Source: an uncultured Acidobacteriota bacterium
Lineage (GTDB): Bacteria; Acidobacteriota; Terriglobia; Terriglobales; Acidobacteriaceae
Length of the DNA: 64,000 nt
Assembly (NCBI GenBank): GCA_963832535.1
Contig: CAWHUK010000011.1
Coordinates: 36,564 to 100,563, forward strand
Reading direction: 5' to 3'
Below are positions 61,693 to 64,000 of this stretch, piece by piece. How positions within the stretch are numbered: position 1 is the first letter of the stretch; the number at the start of each line of letters is the position of its first letter. Both the position numbers and the translations under genes were made by a program. The notes beneath the pieces are model-generated. The model ran no database searches, was not told the DNA's origin, and was given only the letters and a program-made list of their open reading frames with translations.

Positions 61693-63252
61693 ATGTTTCC
61701 GTTTACACGTTGCTCCAGTTCCGGTAGCCGGCATCTCATTGTCGCCGTTTTCGCCGTTCTGTTTTCGGGCGCAAGCACTCCTGTGTTCGCGAAGATCAGT
61801 TGCTCGGATCTCTTGCACGCGCAGATTCCGGACGTCCGTATAGAGGCAGCCGAGGAGATTCACCCGGCTCCGGTTTGGAAGATTTCCGGTGACGCGCTAG
61901 GTGCGCTAGGCGCCGCCGAGGTGCGCGTGCCGTTCTGCCGCGTGTCAGGCGTGATTGAAAAGGAGATTGCGTTTGAGCTCTGGCTGCCTGACGGCTGGAA
62001 TCAGCGTTACCTGGGACTGGGCAACGGCGGCGATGCGGGATTTATTAATTACTCGAGCATGGCCTACGGCGTCAGCCGCGGATTTGCTTCGGCCAGCAGC
62101 AACCTCGGCCATTGGCGCAGCGACCCCCACTGGGCGCTGGGCCACCCGGACCGCCTGGAGAACTTCGAATGGCGCGCTCATCATCTGATGGCCGTGAATT
62201 CCAAGAAACTTGTCGCTCTCTACTACGGATCGCCGGCGCATCATGCGTATTACGAAGGCTGTTCGGGCGGGGGAATGGGCGGCATGAACGAGGTGCAGCG
62301 TTTTCCCGCCGATTACGATGGCGTGATCGCCGGGGCGGCGGGCACTTCGTTCGCCGGCATCTCGGCGCGCTTCGTGCTGGATAAAATTCTGACGCAACAG
62401 GATCCGGCAAGCGAACTGAAGCCCGGCGATTGGAAGCGAATCGCCGACACCGCCATTCAGCAATGCGACGCACTCGACGGCGTCAAAGACGGCATCCTTA
62501 TCAATCCTGCCGCATGCAGATTCGACATTGCGAGCACCCCCGGGCTTACGCCCGCGCAGGTGCGCCATGCCAAGGCGATTCTCGGACCTCTGGTAGGCAA
62601 GGACGGAAGAACTTATTTCCCGGCGCTTTCGCCTGGAGCCGCGTTCTCCGGCTATCCGGAGCGAGGCCCCTTCACACCCGCACTCAGCTTCGGCGACTGG
62701 ACCTACCAGGATCCGAATTGGAATCTCGCCAACTTCGACGTTGCCCGCGACGTCTCCGCGGAAGAGGCCATCGTTCCGGGTGTGCGCACATGGAATACGG
62801 ATCTCGTGCCCTTCGAACGCCTGAACCACAAGTTGATCGCCTACATCGGGGGCGAGGACCCGATTGTTCCCACCCAGGCCAACATCGATTACTATGACGC
62901 GGTAGTGGATCGGCTCGGCAAGCCGGAAACCGATAGCTTCTTCCGCCTTTTCGTCGTGCCCGGCATGGGCCATTGCAGTGGGGGCACGGGACCGACCGAC
63001 TTCGGACAGCCGTACCTCAACGAAGAATCGCACCCCCAGGACGCGGAACACGATGTGCTGGCGGCGATCGTGGCATGGGTGGAAGAAGGGCGAGCGCCCA
63101 GCCGGATCATTGCTTCACAGTCCGAGGCGGGCAAGATGATCGCCACACGGCCGATCTGCGCATATCCGATGTTGCCGCACTTCAACGGCAAGGGCGACGT
63201 GAATAGCGCGGCCAATTGGAGTTGCACCTATCTGGGCGAAGCAGCGAAATAA
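61693..63252 (+). CDS. Tannase/feruloyl esterase-family hydrolase, secreted
   Basis: RBS aaggagg, signal peptide, GNGG, GCSGGG, DYDG.IAG, CDALDG..DG, PGMGHC. Confidence 0.9.
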   Translation: MFPFTRCSSSGSRHLIVAVFAVLFSGASTPVFAKISCSDLLHAQIPDVRIEAAEEIHPAPVWKISGDALGALGAAEVRVPFCRVSGVIEKEIAFELWLPDGWNQRYLGLGNGGDAGFINYSSMAYGVSRGFASASSNLGHWRSDPHWALGHPDRLENFEWRAHHLMAVNSKKLVALYYGSPAHHAYYEGCSGGGMGGMNEVQRFPADYDGVIAGAAGTSFAGISARFVLDKILTQQDPASELKPGDWKRIADTAIQQCDALDGVKDGILINPAACRFDIASTPGLTPAQVRHAKAILGPLVGKDGRTYFPALSPGAAFSGYPERGPFTPALSFGDWTYQDPNWNLANFDVARDVSAEEAIVPGVRTWNTDLVPFERLNHKLIAYIGGEDPIVPTQANIDYYDAVVDRLGKPETDSFFRLFVVPGMGHCSGGTGPTDFGQPYLNEESHPQDAEHDVLAAIVAWVEEGRAPSRIIASQSEAGKMIATRPICAYPMLPHFNGKGDVNSAANWSCTYLGEAAK

Positions 63253-63337
63253 CCGCGATTCAGACGTACAGCGGGTCGAGTTTTTCGACGGGCGCGCACC
63301 CTGCCCGTGTGCGTCAGATCTCTGGTCTCGCTCATGG

Positions 63338-64000
63338 CTAGCCCCCTATTTGGCTCATCGCGAACGAGCTATCCATCATCAGCGGCGGCCGCTTTTGGGA
63401 AAAATATTTATCGAACTCCCGTCTGGCCGAAGTGGTGTCCGAAGCTCCTAAAATGCGGGACAGATCGAGCATTGCCGGATCAATCAGGCAGCGCCGGATC
63501 TGGCCGCGCGCGTCCAGGCGCAGCCGGTCGCAGCTTGAGCAGAAGGGATGTGAGCGCGGCGAAATCCAGCCTACCGCCAACTTCTCGCCGCGCCAGTTTA
63601 TCAGGGTTCTTTGTGCGGGAGCGTTGCTCGGTTCATTCACAGCCTCGATTTCCGCGTTCAGACCGCTACGGGCTTCATCTGCGGAGATGTACTCCGATTC
63701 GCACCAGTCGCGCTCGGTTCCCATACGCATCAGTTCGATAAAGCGAATCTCAAAACCATTGCCGGCCGCGAAATCCAACAATGCCGGCACATCCTCTCGC
63801 CACGTGGAGCGCAGCAAAACGGCATTGAGTTTGATCGGGGTCAACCCGGCTTCGCGGGCGGCTTCAATCCCCGCAAGCACGAGGGCAAGATCGCCTCCGC
63901 GCGAAACCTGGGCGAAGCGCTGCTTGTCGAGCGAATCGAGCGAGATATTGACCCGGCTCACGCCTGCAGTTTTCAAATCCTTTGCCATGCGCGGCAGCAG
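63338..64000 (-). CDS. moaA: GTP 3',8-cyclase MoaA, 5' end outside the window
   Basis: RVNISLDSL, RFIELM, FCSSCDRLRL..G....CL, C-terminal IGG. Confidence 0.92.
   Translation of the reverse strand: MLPRMAKDLKTAGVSRVNISLDSLDKQRFAQVSRGGDLALVLAGIEAAREAGLTPIKLNAVLLRSTWREDVPALLDFAAGNGFEIRFIELMRMGTERDWCESEYISADEARSGLNAEIEAVNEPSNAPAQRTLINWRGEKLAVGWISPRSHPFCSSCDRLRLDARGQIRRCLIDPAMLDLSRILGASDTTSARREFDKYFSQKRPPLMMDSSFAMSQIGG

Noticed and set aside
63338-64000. Radical SAM gene as the glycyl radical activase
   Set aside because: The second Cys cluster and terminal GG identify it as MoaA

Overview
High-GC bacterial window. Gene content (Oar-type TonB receptor, metG/argS layout, repeat families) suggests Acidobacteriota; this is inference. 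Four zones. (1) 0.6-9.4 kb: a Bcr/CflA efflux gene, a complete class C group II intron, and a co-oriented array of eight small ligand-binding-fold genes joined by shared leaders and REP-like palindromes. Two recent tandem pairs in the array differ mostly by replacement changes, often whole codons. (2) 9.6-31.7 kb: mostly core genes (UDP-sugar genes, efp, DEAD helicase, serA with an N-terminal HTH, aminotransferase, tRNA-Leu, metG, argS), interrupted by a serpin, a SIR2-TIR plus STAND-TM-YD-repeat conflict module and a nucleotidyltransferase pair. (3) Several indels split ugd, dinB, serpin and argS and are probably consensus errors. (4) 31.8-64 kb: an apparently anaerobic aromatic/polyphenol catabolic island with a PadBCD-like Mo enzyme plus benzoylformate decarboxylase, CoA/beta-oxidation genes, a phloroglucinol-pathway-like operon, three LysR regulators, a TonB receptor, an atypical glycyl radical enzyme, a tannase/feruloyl esterase and moaA. 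All calls rest on motif recognition and hand alignment; no searches were run.
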